Source: Bacteriovoracaceae bacterium
GTDB taxonomy: Bacteria > Bdellovibrionota > Bacteriovoracia > Bacteriovoracales > Bacteriovoracaceae
DNA length: 64,000 bases
Reading direction: 5' to 3'
Assembly (NCBI GenBank): GCA_018649885.1
Contig: JABIHA010000058.1
Coordinates: forward strand, 1-64,000
Position numbers and translations under genes: made by a program. Shown here piece after piece: positions 10,259 through 24,680 of this stretch. The notes under the pieces are model-generated. The model ran no database searches. It had not been told where the DNA came from and saw only the letters and a list, made by a program, of their open reading frames with translations. Positions within the stretch are counted from its first letter, which is position 1. Each line of letters begins with the position of its first letter.

Positions 10259-10717
10259 ATGAAGAGATTATTTGGATTTTTTTTAATTATGGCATTTGCC
10301 TTTTCTTGTAGTTCAACAACGAATAAAGAGATTGAAAGCGAGAAAGAATCAATCAAAGGCGTCGTAAGTAGAGCAGAGATGATTGATAGGACACGCAGTA
10401 TCCTGGAAAACTCAACAAATCTGACTAAGTCTCAGCGTGAAAGCTTTCTTGATCTACACGCTAGCATTATGAAAGATGTCAGCAAAATCAATGTGGACAT
10501 AAGAAAGTCGAAAGTCGTTCTCTTTAATGCAATGGTTGGGGAAAAATTCAACCAAGCTAAAGTAGATAGCTTAACTAAATCAATTAAAAAGCTCTATGAC
10601 AAAAAGCTAGACCTTATGATTGTAGGTATGGCCAAAGGAAAAGAGATCATAGGGGTATCCTCGGTAGATTTATTCCAACACGGAATGCCTCTCGAGCACT
10701 TTGGCAGCAACTACTAG
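10259..10717 (+). CDS. Lipoprotein with a Spy/CpxP-like helical periplasmic domain
   Basis: GGAG RBS, lipobox AFSC, NLTKSQRE motif similar to LTxEQ. Confidence 0.55.
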   Translation: MKRLFGFFLIMAFAFSCSSTTNKEIESEKESIKGVVSRAEMIDRTRSILENSTNLTKSQRESFLDLHASIMKDVSKINVDIRKSKVVLFNAMVGEKFNQAKVDSLTKSIKKLYDKKLDLMIVGMAKGKEIIGVSSVDLFQHGMPLEHFGSNY

Positions 10718-10743
10718 TCCTTGCTTTCATTACAGTGGGTCTT

Positions 10744-13700
10744 TTAGAGACCCACTGGTTTTTTAGAAAAATCATTGCCAATGCTATAGAGAATTGGCAC
10801 GAGTATCAATGTCACCAAGGTTCCAAAAAGTAGTCCATACATTAAGGCCAAACACATTGGACTAATGAAAGGGTCTGAACCTCCAAAACCGTAGGCCGTA
10901 GGTAAGAGCCCAAGAATTGTTGTTATTGAAGTGAGAAGTACAGGGCGAAGCCTTGTCACTGCTCCATCGATAATTTTTTCAATATGAAACTCTGCTTTAG
11001 AGATAAGCTCACTAATAGTAAAAACCATAACGAGAGAATCATTGACAATAATTCCCGAAAGACCAATTAAAGAAATGATCACAAACATGGAAAGTGGCAT
11101 ACCGTGGGCCCAAACTGCCAGTACTATCCCTACAGCACCAAAAGGTACTGCGCTCATGACAATAAGAGGTTTTATCAAAGAATTCAAAATAATGGCGATA
11201 ACAATAAAGACGGCAAAAATAGCAGAGATGGCGGCCATCCCCAGACTTCCAAAGATCTTCTGGTTTTCAATGGGCTCGCCTGCAAAACTCACTTGAACTT
11301 CTTTAGTTGAAGGAAATTCTTTTTTGGCAAAAGTTAGAATGCTTGCAGGCGTTTGATTAACCTTATCAAGCTGTCCAAAAACCACTGTAGTGCGGTCACC
11401 TCCGATGTGTTTAATTTGTGATAAACTTACCCTCTCACTAAATGAAGTTACCTTTTGTAGAGGGATAATATTTCCTGAGCGATTGATGACTTTTAGAGTT
11501 CGAATAAACTCAGGGTCTCCCCTACCCTCACTATCAAGTCGCACACGTATATCAATGGGCCTGTTATTCTCTACATAGTCGGTGACCACTTGACCGTCAA
11601 AGGCCAAGCGAATGGTCTGGAGAACATCTTCCACAGTAAGACCCACCATGCTGAGATGATCATAATCGAGAATTAGGTTAAGCTCTTTTTTTCCAAAGAC
11701 CTGATCGTCATCGACATTTAAGACCCCTTTTAAATCACCAAGACGCTTTTTAATTTCCGCCGCTTTTGCATTTCTCAGCTCATCACTTCTGGAGCTGACA
11801 CGAATTTCAAAAGGTCTTCCCACAGGAGGACCAATACGAATGATTTCAAAAAGAGCACTCACTTCCAGTTTCTTTAAGTCATCTTTCATCATCACCTTAA
11901 GATCATCCACAATCTCTTGGGCCATGCGACTTCGTTTACTAAATGGTTTTAGGTACACAAAAATTATCCCCAGGTGAGGCTCTGTTCCCCTCTCTGTAAA
12001 TGATTTCTTGGACTGAGTTCCAATTCTTGATGAAATCCCAGAAAGCTCTCCATCAGGAAGGGCCAGCAAGTGTTTTTCCAAAATTTTTAAATTATCTTCC
12101 GCTTTCGCCATGCTGATACCAGGTTTTCCGGTCAACTCTATGGTAAAGCCTTCCGCTGAGTCTTGAGGAAAAGGCTCTTTTCTCAAATGCTTGGCGGCCA
12201 CAAATACGGCCGAAACAAGTACCACTACAAATAAACTGATAATGGCATAGCGGAGCTTGATGGCCAAATTAAGAGTGCTTCTATAAAAACCTTCTAATTT
12301 TAATAGCCCTGCTCCCTTTTTTTCTTCCACATGTTTTCCATGGGCCAAGTGATTGGGAAGAAGAAAATAGGTATCAAATAGTGAGAGGATTAGCGCAATC
12401 CCAACGACAGTAGGTATCATCCAAACAAATTTTCCGGCCATGCCACCCATTTGGCTGATGGGATAGTAAGCAAGTACAGTTGTGATACTGGCACCTAAAA
12501 TAGGTCTCCAAACTTTTCTTACGGCCACGACAGCTGATTCAACACCTTTTAACCCATTTTCTTTTTCATTATTCACCTGTTCGGCAACAACGATGGCGTC
12601 GTCAACCAACATCCCGAGTACTAGGACAAAACCAGCAAGGCTAATAGAGTTAATTGTAATTCCAAGATAGGGAAGAAAAATAAAGGTTCCTGCCAAAGTC
12701 AAAGGAATTGAAAAAGCGGTCCAAAAAGCAGTTTTGGCACCTAATACAAAGAATAAGACAATTGCCACCATCGCTATCCCAATCAGTGCATTGCCAGAAA
12801 GAAGGGAGAGACGATCACGGGTTAAAACTGATTGATCATTGAGAAGTCTTATTGATACTCCCTCAGGCTTTTGAATACTCTCAGTTACTTTTCTTATTTC
12901 ATCAATAGTATTGAGGAGGTCTCCATTAGATTTTTTAACTACCACTAAACTGATTCCAAACTTACCGCTATTTCTAACCTTAAGTTTAAGATCTTTAGGT
13001 GTTGTACTAATCACGGCCACATCGCGAACTTTGACCCCACGATCACTGGTAGAGCGCCTAATATTGGTATTTAAAATTTCCTCTACTGTATTAAATTTAT
13101 TAAAGGCGACAATTTTTTTCTCACCAACATAAGATTCCAGAGTTCCACCACTACCCTCAATATTTCTTGAACGAAGAGCACCTACTATGGATTTAAAATC
13201 AACCTCATACTGATTCATCTTTTTTGCATTGACTTCAATCACCATCTCTTCATCTGGAAACCCAACTTCTACAATTTTTGAAATTCCTGGGTTTCTCTTT
13301 AACTCGTTAACAATGAAAGGAACAAATTTTCGAAGCTCGCCTTCAGCTCCTTCAATGGCAATTTCAATAACTGGCATATCTTCTGAGGTAAACTGGGTAT
13401 AAGACGGCGGCGAATCCAGCTCAGTGGGGAGATCTTTTACCCTCGCCAGCGCATCTCCAATTTCATCGTAAACTTTTGCAAATTGCTTATCACTCAGATC
13501 ATCATCGGCGACCAGGGTTATACTAGACATTCCCTCAGAGGAAGTGGACAGAATTTCTTTAACATTTGCTATATCGCGTAGCTCATCTTCAATGGGAACT
13601 GTCACATTGAGCTCCACATCCTTAGCAGAGGCGCCTGGATAAATTGTGCTGATCATCGCCTTATTCTGAGAAGCAGATGGGAAACCCTCTTTTTGAGAGC

Positions 13701-13794
13701 CCAGCATGGATTTTATTCCCAAGAAGAAAAGTAGAACAATGGTTAAATTAACCAGAAGACGCCTTTCGGCAAAGTAGCGAGTGAGATTTTCCAT
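10744..13794 (-). CDS. RND efflux permease (AcrB/CzcA family)
   Basis: 1016 aa; YPGASAKDVE, GMLVDDAIVVAE, RLRPVLLTSITTILGLLP. Confidence 0.95.
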   Translation of the reverse strand: MENLTRYFAERRLLVNLTIVLLFFLGIKSMLGSQKEGFPSASQNKAMISTIYPGASAKDVELNVTVPIEDELRDIANVKEILSTSSEGMSSITLVADDDLSDKQFAKVYDEIGDALARVKDLPTELDSPPSYTQFTSEDMPVIEIAIEGAEGELRKFVPFIVNELKRNPGISKIVEVGFPDEEMVIEVNAKKMNQYEVDFKSIVGALRSRNIEGSGGTLESYVGEKKIVAFNKFNTVEEILNTNIRRSTSDRGVKVRDVAVISTTPKDLKLKVRNSGKFGISLVVVKKSNGDLLNTIDEIRKVTESIQKPEGVSIRLLNDQSVLTRDRLSLLSGNALIGIAMVAIVLFFVLGAKTAFWTAFSIPLTLAGTFIFLPYLGITINSISLAGFVLVLGMLVDDAIVVAEQVNNEKENGLKGVESAVVAVRKVWRPILGASITTVLAYYPISQMGGMAGKFVWMIPTVVGIALILSLFDTYFLLPNHLAHGKHVEEKKGAGLLKLEGFYRSTLNLAIKLRYAIISLFVVVLVSAVFVAAKHLRKEPFPQDSAEGFTIELTGKPGISMAKAEDNLKILEKHLLALPDGELSGISSRIGTQSKKSFTERGTEPHLGIIFVYLKPFSKRSRMAQEIVDDLKVMMKDDLKKLEVSALFEIIRIGPPVGRPFEIRVSSRSDELRNAKAAEIKKRLGDLKGVLNVDDDQVFGKKELNLILDYDHLSMVGLTVEDVLQTIRLAFDGQVVTDYVENNRPIDIRVRLDSEGRGDPEFIRTLKVINRSGNIIPLQKVTSFSERVSLSQIKHIGGDRTTVVFGQLDKVNQTPASILTFAKKEFPSTKEVQVSFAGEPIENQKIFGSLGMAAISAIFAVFIVIAIILNSLIKPLIVMSAVPFGAVGIVLAVWAHGMPLSMFVIISLIGLSGIIVNDSLVMVFTISELISKAEFHIEKIIDGAVTRLRPVLLTSITTILGLLPTAYGFGGSDPFISPMCLALMYGLLFGTLVTLILVPILYSIGNDFSKKPVGL

Positions 13795-13835
13795 GGGTTA
13801 TTCTATATCAACTACACATCGCTACGCAAGACAGA

Positions 13836-15287
13836 TTAAGTACCACAATAAGTCGTGCAAACTCTTTGATCCACAGCTGCTGGTTCTTTGAAGTGATCAT
13901 ATTTAGGTTGTTGTTCAAAAGGATTTTGAAGCAATTCATTCAATTGGTGAAACACACTGAGATCTCCATTCTGAGCTCCCTGAATCGCCTTTTCCACAAG
14001 GTGATTTCTTGGGATAAAGATAGGATTTTTGCTATTCATTAGCGTGACAACTTCATCAAGGCCACAAGCCTGGTTTTGAATCCTCTCTTTCCAAGACTTT
14101 TCAAATTCTTTAAATTTCTCAGTTTTTTCTATGCTTGAAGCCGTGCTCTCACCCATAAAAAGTGCGAGAAGTTCTCTAAAAGAATTAGTAAAATCGTGGT
14201 CTCCCTCTTCGAGTAATTCTAGCCAATCAGTAATGAGTTTTTGATCACTGCTAGTTGGATTTAAAATTCCAAGTTTTCTTCCCATTTCAGAAATCCATTT
14301 TGCTAGAAATATGTCTTGAATTTTTTCCAACTCACGGCCTAGAATTTCCTTTGCCTTATCTTCATCACTATCCACAAGAGGCACTAAGCAATCAGCTAGC
14401 CTAGAGAGATTCCAATAAATAATAGTGGCCTGATTCATATAGGAGTAACGGCCATTTCTATCAATATAGCTAAAGACTCGATTAAAGTTAAAATTTTCCA
14501 TAAAAGCGCAGGGGCCAAAATCGATGGTCTCCCCAGAAATTGAAGAATTATCTGTGTTCATAACTCCGTGAATAAAACCAACCCCCATCCATTTAGCGAC
14601 AAGTGTGGTTTGGGCCTCTATCACCTTCTCCAGAAATAGCACAGGAGCATTTGAAGGCCCTATAATTTCTGGATAATGCCTTTTTATGGAATAATCAAGA
14701 AGTGCACGTAGACCCTCATGATCATCTCTTATGGCAAAATATTGAAATGTCCCAATACGAATATGACTTGAGGCGACTCTGGTAAAGACTGCTCCAGGAA
14801 GGGGTTCTTCTCTATCCACATAGTCACCAGTGGCCACAGCAGCGAGCGCTCTAGTTGTAGGTACACCTAAGTGAAACATGGCCTCACTAACAATATATTC
14901 TCTTATGACTGGCCCTATAGCAGACTTGCCATCCCCATTTCGAGAAAAAGGAGTAGGACCTGAACCTTTGAGTTGAATATCAAATCTTTTCCCTAAAGGA
15001 TCGACGACTTCCCCTAAAAGCATCGCCCTACCATCCCCAAGTTGTGGGACAAAATGACCAAATTGATGACCGGCATAGGCCATGGCAATAGGCCTAGATC
15101 CTGCTGGCAGAAGTTTACCTACAAAAATCTGTGCTAGTTCACTATCGCTAAAGGCCATAAGGTTTAAACCTAATTTTTCCACAAGATCAGTGTTGAGTTT
15201 TAGGAGTTTTGGGTCTGTTGAATAAGCTGCTTCTACATCTGCAAAAAATCGGCTGGGTAAATTGTCATAGGTATTGTCAAAATTCAT
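13836..15287 (-). CDS. selO: Protein adenylyltransferase SelO (YdiU family)
   Basis: YAGHQFG, LGDGRA, DIQLKGSGPTPFSR.GDG, GFIHGVMNTDN, TIDFGPC, C-terminal TYCGT. Confidence 0.95.
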   Translation of the reverse strand: MNFDNTYDNLPSRFFADVEAAYSTDPKLLKLNTDLVEKLGLNLMAFSDSELAQIFVGKLLPAGSRPIAMAYAGHQFGHFVPQLGDGRAMLLGEVVDPLGKRFDIQLKGSGPTPFSRNGDGKSAIGPVIREYIVSEAMFHLGVPTTRALAAVATGDYVDREEPLPGAVFTRVASSHIRIGTFQYFAIRDDHEGLRALLDYSIKRHYPEIIGPSNAPVLFLEKVIEAQTTLVAKWMGVGFIHGVMNTDNSSISGETIDFGPCAFMENFNFNRVFSYIDRNGRYSYMNQATIIYWNLSRLADCLVPLVDSDEDKAKEILGRELEKIQDIFLAKWISEMGRKLGILNPTSSDQKLITDWLELLEEGDHDFTNSFRELLALFMGESTASSIEKTEKFKEFEKSWKERIQNQACGLDEVVTLMNSKNPIFIPRNHLVEKAIQGAQNGDLSVFHQLNELLQNPFEQQPKYDHFKEPAAVDQRVCTTYCGT

Positions 15288-15454
15288 ATAAATGAAGCTT
15301 AAGCGAACAATTCAAACTTGTCACCTCGTCCCACAGAAAAGGTAGTGGATACCTATAGAGGCTTAAAAGGTTTTCACGCTTTAATATTTAGAGTTTTCTT
15401 TTAATTTTTGAATTTTTCATGTAGGTAAAAAGAAAAACTATTTAGGAGAACTCT

Positions 15455-16621
15455 ATGCGTTATTTACTGATTGCTCTTACTCTGTCCACTCAACTCTACG
15501 CCCAGTCTATTTCTTTTAATGGTAAAAAATTTGCTCCACTTGATTCAAGAAATTATTACCAAAATAAATTTCAATCATTTTACTTAGAAAAAATGTATAA
15601 CTCTGTACTATTTCCGGCGACATTAGATAAGTCTTATTATGACCCGAGAAGTTTTGAACAATATAAAAAAGCAGTAGGTGAACTAGGAAGTGTTACTGAG
15701 GGAGAAAAGTTTGATAATATCTTTATTCGAGTGCAAGACTTCAGCCTGACTCCATCCCTTGCCTCCCTTGCTGTCATTTCAAAATTTGCAAAAGAAAAAA
15801 TCATTGTGCTTTACTACGGCATCGAAAGTGATCCAGTGAAATATGGTTTTAAAAAGGCTACACATTTCGATGGATCCCCCACTCCCGTCAGATTAAAAAA
15901 CCAACTTTACCAGATCGGAAGAGCTGGTATGTTCATGATCCCCTACACAAGTGCTTCAGATAATTTTCTCAGAAACTTAAGCTCTCTGGAAAAAAGTGGA
16001 GTCTTTAAAAAAAATCAGAAAAATTTATTAATCTCCCATGGAATTGGAGTTGTTGACAGTATACTCACTTTAAAAAGATTAAACGACAATGGGGCGATAA
16101 GTCCCTTTTCCAAGTTTTGGGCCTTTTCTTGCCCAGATATGACCTCTAATAGTGCTCCGTTTGTAGTGAGAGCTTTTAGAGACTACGTCCCCTATCTATT
16201 TAGAGCAAGCATGGGTGGAAGAGGTCATGCAGAGGGACTAAAGCTAATGACCGAAAAAAAGATTAACCACTACCTTAGTCGACCCCACTTTGATCAGTTT
16301 GTAGACCTAAGTATTTCAGGAGTTCTTGGTTTGTCTAAGTCCAAGGGAGTCAAATCTCCAATTTCACCAGTGTTTAGAATTGTGGCCCAATTTGAGGAAA
16401 TTAATCAACCGTCTACAAGAGATTTTAGAAAATTCCTAAAGTCTATAAGTAGTGGCCGTAGTACACTTAAAGGCTCACTATTAAATAATGGTGTCGTCAC
16501 TTACGAGCATACTCTCTATGGAAAAGATCAGCTAAAACTCAAAACGAATGTAGACCACAATTCAATTTGGGGCGATTATCATGCGATGATTGAAGTTTTC
16601 AAAGGGTCTGCTACCCCATAA
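15455..16621 (+). CDS. Secreted hypothetical protein, possibly a degenerate alpha/beta hydrolase
   Basis: AGGAG RBS and signal peptide; LISHGIG lacks the catalytic Ser; NNGVV..DH near the C-terminus. Confidence 0.6.
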   Translation: MRYLLIALTLSTQLYAQSISFNGKKFAPLDSRNYYQNKFQSFYLEKMYNSVLFPATLDKSYYDPRSFEQYKKAVGELGSVTEGEKFDNIFIRVQDFSLTPSLASLAVISKFAKEKIIVLYYGIESDPVKYGFKKATHFDGSPTPVRLKNQLYQIGRAGMFMIPYTSASDNFLRNLSSLEKSGVFKKNQKNLLISHGIGVVDSILTLKRLNDNGAISPFSKFWAFSCPDMTSNSAPFVVRAFRDYVPYLFRASMGGRGHAEGLKLMTEKKINHYLSRPHFDQFVDLSISGVLGLSKSKGVKSPISPVFRIVAQFEEINQPSTRDFRKFLKSISSGRSTLKGSLLNNGVVTYEHTLYGKDQLKLKTNVDHNSIWGDYHAMIEVFKGSATP

Positions 16622-16625
16622 CTCA

Positions 16626-17954
16626 CTATTTTTTACCATTGAGGTAGAGCTTGAGTTTAGTTTTAGAAAAACTAACACTCTCCCCTTGCCATGTTCTAGT
16701 GATCCTAATTGTTAGGTAAAACTTCTTCCCAGATTTTTTTAAATTCTTATAGGCTTCTTTGGCAACAGCTCCAACTTTGAGCACAAATTTTCCATCAGAA
16801 ATCGTAGTTTGGGCCTTAGGGAATTTTCCTTCAAATAACGTCTTCTTCCTGAGTCCCTTTTTTCTTTTAAAAAGAACTTCAAAATTTAATTCTCCAATGA
16901 GTCCCAGATTTGAAAGATCAGAGATAGTAACAATGGATTTATCACCCAATCCGGTGAGACCATCTATAGAGAAATTTCTAAGCTCACTTTTTTTGTAAAT
17001 TTCAAGAACGCGGTGAATATGAACATCACCTTTTTCTAAAATTTCCTTTTTATAGATTACATCCCCAGAGATTCTACTGGTAATTGTTCTATCATCATTA
17101 AGTACACTCATGGTCATCAAATTAAAGTCACCAATATCTCTGCTGCTGACCCATTCATAACGAAATAATTTCTGGATAGTTTTATCAAACTCATAATAAT
17201 TATTATTTAAATATGAATTTGGAGCTAGCAAACTGAGGGCCCCAACTTGTGAGAGCCACAAATGTTTTGATAACTGAGTATCCACTGATTCGATTGCTGC
17301 AAGTGATTCACGAAGTGTTGGCCTTACCCCAGGCAAGCGAGCGTCTCTTTTAACAATGTGGAGGATTCCACTGGATCCATCGCTTCCGTCTGAACCGTCA
17401 TTCCCATCCTCTCCAGACTCTCCATCTTCACAGTAATGGGTTCTCTCACATGTGATTTCTTTGCCCGTATCATCAGTACAACTGTAGCTAGTCTGCCAGC
17501 TGTAAGTATCACAAGTGCACCCACTTCCCCCGTAAGCTCCTCTACCTGCGTATGAGGCATATCCGCCCCGGGACTCTATGAATATATTTTTTAAAGCATC
17601 GATATTTTTATAATAAATAGTAACTTCTCCTCCGTTACCTCCATCTCCTCCATTGCCGCCATCACCACCGTCGCCACCGGGTGCTCCAGAGATGTCATAA
17701 TCTGGCTCAGACTGATAACAGCTATAGCCACTATCGCCTTGTTCACCATCTTCTCCAGAAGTGCCATCCCCTCCATTTAAAACAAATTGCTGAGAAGCAG
17801 CTGTTGCAAATGTAATCTCATTATTTCCGTCGTAACCGTCATCTCCACTACTTCCATCACTGCCATCACTTCCAGCTGATCCAAAGTCATAGGCATATGC
17901 GCTTATGGCGTAAATAAGTAAAATAGATGTAAATGTGATTAATTTCTTTTTCAT
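16626..17954 (-). CDS. Secreted glycine-rich, collagen-like (G-X-Y) protein
   Basis: GGGAG RBS, signal peptide, several acidic GxD/GxxG triplet runs with Cys-rich spacers. Confidence 0.75.
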   Translation of the reverse strand: MKKKLITFTSILLIYAISAYAYDFGSAGSDGSDGSSGDDGYDGNNEITFATAASQQFVLNGGDGTSGEDGEQGDSGYSCYQSEPDYDISGAPGGDGGDGGNGGDGGNGGEVTIYYKNIDALKNIFIESRGGYASYAGRGAYGGSGCTCDTYSWQTSYSCTDDTGKEITCERTHYCEDGESGEDGNDGSDGSDGSSGILHIVKRDARLPGVRPTLRESLAAIESVDTQLSKHLWLSQVGALSLLAPNSYLNNNYYEFDKTIQKLFRYEWVSSRDIGDFNLMTMSVLNDDRTITSRISGDVIYKKEILEKGDVHIHRVLEIYKKSELRNFSIDGLTGLGDKSIVTISDLSNLGLIGELNFEVLFKRKKGLRKKTLFEGKFPKAQTTISDGKFVLKVGAVAKEAYKNLKKSGKKFYLTIRITRTWQGESVSFSKTKLKLYLNGKK

Positions 17955-18159
17955 TAAGACTCCCCCGAATATAACAACCCTACTCAATTGATAAGTACAG
18001 GGAGCAGATTGGTCAATAATTACCAGGTGAAGAATTAATTACTTTTTTTTATTCACTAAATTTCAATTGCTTAATTTAATTCTTACAATATTTTACCACC
18101 ATCAGGGCCAAATTGTCCTGGCCAGAGCTGAACACCTTGCCGAATGAGTTTGGCAACCA

Positions 18160-18551
18160 ACTACAAATCATTTAAGAAGGGTTCTTCCCGAGTGGAATGT
18201 TAACGGAATGGGCGACTATCTTCTGAGAAATTTCTTGCGTACCGAACAGAGTACTCAAATTCACTAAAAATTGCCGAAAGTGATAAAGAAAAGGCCCGCG
18301 ATACTTTAAAAGAAATAGGTGGAATTACAGTTTTTCCAAGTGCTGCGAATTTCTTTTACGTAAAGCTTCCACAAGACATTAATGGAGCTGAGCTCAGAAA
18401 TCGGCTGATCAGCAAACACAACCTGTTCATCAGAGAATGTGGTAATAAAATTGGCCCTTCATCGCAGTTTTTGAGAATTTCCGTCAAACCACTTGAAGAT
18501 ATGAAAAGGCTGAAAGAAGCTCTGCTAAAGGAGTTGTATATATTGCACTAG
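18160..18551 (+). pseudogene. Frameshifted C-terminal remnant of a class I/II PLP aminotransferase (HisC/CobD-like)
   Basis: Manual translation: LRRVLPEWNVNGMG / frameshift / ..VFPSAANFFYVKL..HNLFIRECGNK..FLRISVK..*; absent from the ORF track. Confidence 0.75.
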
Positions 18552-18589
18552 ATCAAGCAGTGGCCCCTTTTTACCTTGCCCAGCGGTAA

Positions 18590-18611
18590 AGACAGCACCG
18601 TGGTGCTGTCT
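18590..18611. promoter_or_regulatory. Perfect 10-bp inverted repeat upstream of yebC (operator or terminator)
   Basis: AGACAGCACC-gt-GGTGCTGTCT. Confidence 0.45.
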
Positions 18612-18688
18612 CAGTATTTTCTCTACTATTCACATAGGGACAATTTTGGTAAAAGTAGGCAACTATTTTTACTATAAGTGAGATCACC

Positions 18689-19402
18689 ATGGGCAGAAAA
18701 TCCGCAAAAATCGCCACTAGAAAAGGTGCAGCTGACAAAGCAAAAAGCAGAGTCTACTCCAAGGCACTACATGATGTTGCCATTGCCATAAAAAGTGGTG
18801 GTGGGGATCCGGCCACAAATTTTCTTTTAAAGATTGCCCTTGATCGCTGTAGAAAATTTAATGTGCCAAAAGACAATATTGACCGGGCCATAAAAAAAGG
18901 ACTGGGCAGAGATAGCGACGGTTATCAAGATATTAATTACGAAGGCTATGGCCCAAGCGGTGTGGCCATATTTATTGAGGCCTCAACTAATAATATTGTC
19001 CGTACGGTGGCCAATATCAGAAGTTACTTCAAAAAAAGTAATGGCTCTCTAGGAAAAGACGGCTGCTTGCAATTTGTTTTTGACAGAAAAGCCGTTTTTA
19101 CAATTCCGCAGGGTGAGCTCGATGAAGATGACTTTACTCTAGAGATGATTGATGTGGGAGCTGAAGATATTGATCTTGAAGAAGGTGTATTTGAAGTTAT
19201 TGGTCCCATGGACAGCTTCGGTGAAATTCAAAGTAAACTACAACAGTTATGTGTGACTCCTGAAGAAGCCGGTCTTGAGAGGATTCCCACTAACTACAAA
19301 GCTGTTGATGGTGAAGAGTCAATGGAGCAACTTGAAAAGCTCATAGGCCTTTTAGAAGATGATGAAGACGTAGTCAGCGTTTATCACAATATTGAAGCCT
19401 AG
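18689..19402 (+). CDS. yebC: YebC/PmpR family protein
   Basis: GGGDPATN, NVPKDNIDRAIKK, YEGYGPSGVAI, LEDDEDVVSVYHN. Confidence 0.95.
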   Translation: MGRKSAKIATRKGAADKAKSRVYSKALHDVAIAIKSGGGDPATNFLLKIALDRCRKFNVPKDNIDRAIKKGLGRDSDGYQDINYEGYGPSGVAIFIEASTNNIVRTVANIRSYFKKSNGSLGKDGCLQFVFDRKAVFTIPQGELDEDDFTLEMIDVGAEDIDLEEGVFEVIGPMDSFGEIQSKLQQLCVTPEEAGLERIPTNYKAVDGEESMEQLEKLIGLLEDDEDVVSVYHNIEA

Positions 19403-19416
19403 CTTACCCAGTTCAA

Positions 19417-23571
<4,155 letters not shown>

Positions 23572-23824
23572 TGATCCTCCACAGAATACTGGAATTACCC
23601 AGCAGGCACCTTTGAGAGTGGAACATACAACAATGACGCATTGCATTCAACTAATAACATGCACCCTCTGTAGTATTTTCACATTCAGAATTCTTGTAAT
23701 TTTAAGTGGTTAGATCCTGAAAGGATTAAAAGCAAAAAAATCTATGCTATTTAAATTTTTCTCCAGCCATGGCCTTTATGCCGGGTAATACTTCCCCTCA
23801 TGCCCGCTATGTTCATAGTAATAA

Positions 23825-23865
23825 AACCACAATACGTTTCACAATTTGTGAAACGTATTGTGGTT
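23825..23865. repeat. Perfect inverted repeat, 20-bp arms with a 1-nt spacer
   Basis: AACCACAATACGTTTCACAA-t-TTGTGAAACGTATTGTGGTT between divergent genes. Confidence 0.95.
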
Positions 23866-23953
23866 AACATTTTTTCAGATGGATGGTTAATCTTTCAAAA
23901 TGCTCTATAGTCCTGAAAAACTAGCTAAAAACTATCGCAACATAGGGACTTAA

Positions 23954-24676
23954 ATGGACTACGACTCCAAAATTTACTCAATTGCCAAAAGCTGCCCTTG
24001 GTACGATCTTCAGCAAAGATTTGGCCCCCCCAATGTAAAGTGGTGTGAGGAAACTCTTTGTCAGTATATTACAGAGCCCGCCAATACTTGGAGCAATCTT
24101 GGCTACATGCTACTTTCATTTATCATTATTTACCTCATCAGAAAAAACAAAGTCGAAGGATATTTAAAGCTCTATGCCCCGATCGTTTTCATCATGGGTC
24201 TATTTTCCTTTATATATCACTTCTCACTAAATTATCTGACTCAGTATCTAGATTTCTTTGGTATGTACTTCTTTATTGGAATTGCGATCGTAGGATCTCT
24301 TTCATGGAATAAACAAAAATCAGTCGCACAGGCCAGTTTAATCATCTTGGCAGTAGTAGTGGTTAATAGCTTGTTGTTTGCATTGTTTCCCTTCATCGGG
24401 ATTCCTATTCAAACTATTATAGGGCTCAATGTTCTTTTTGCCGTGGCGATAGAACTGAGAAACAAGTTTGTCTTAAAAATTAACTTACAATATAAAAATT
24501 TGGTTATTTCTTTGTGTTTATTTTCAGTGGCACATATTTTTCAAGTCTTGGATCTCAAAAGAATTCTTTGCGATCCCACCAATCATTTCTTTCAAGGCCA
24601 TGCCATGTGGCATTTAATTGGCGGTGTTGGCAGTTTATTTGTATTTTTACACTACTCTCAAAAAAGAGAGTCCTAG
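23954..24676 (+). CDS. Ceramidase-domain (CREST family) membrane hydrolase
   Basis: WCEE..ITEPANTWSN, SFIYH..D, HAMWH; about 7 TM helices. Confidence 0.85.
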   Translation: MDYDSKIYSIAKSCPWYDLQQRFGPPNVKWCEETLCQYITEPANTWSNLGYMLLSFIIIYLIRKNKVEGYLKLYAPIVFIMGLFSFIYHFSLNYLTQYLDFFGMYFFIGIAIVGSLSWNKQKSVAQASLIILAVVVVNSLLFALFPFIGIPIQTIIGLNVLFAVAIELRNKFVLKINLQYKNLVISLCLFSVAHIFQVLDLKRILCDPTNHFFQGHAMWHLIGGVGSLFVFLHYSQKRES

Positions 24677-24680
24677 TACA

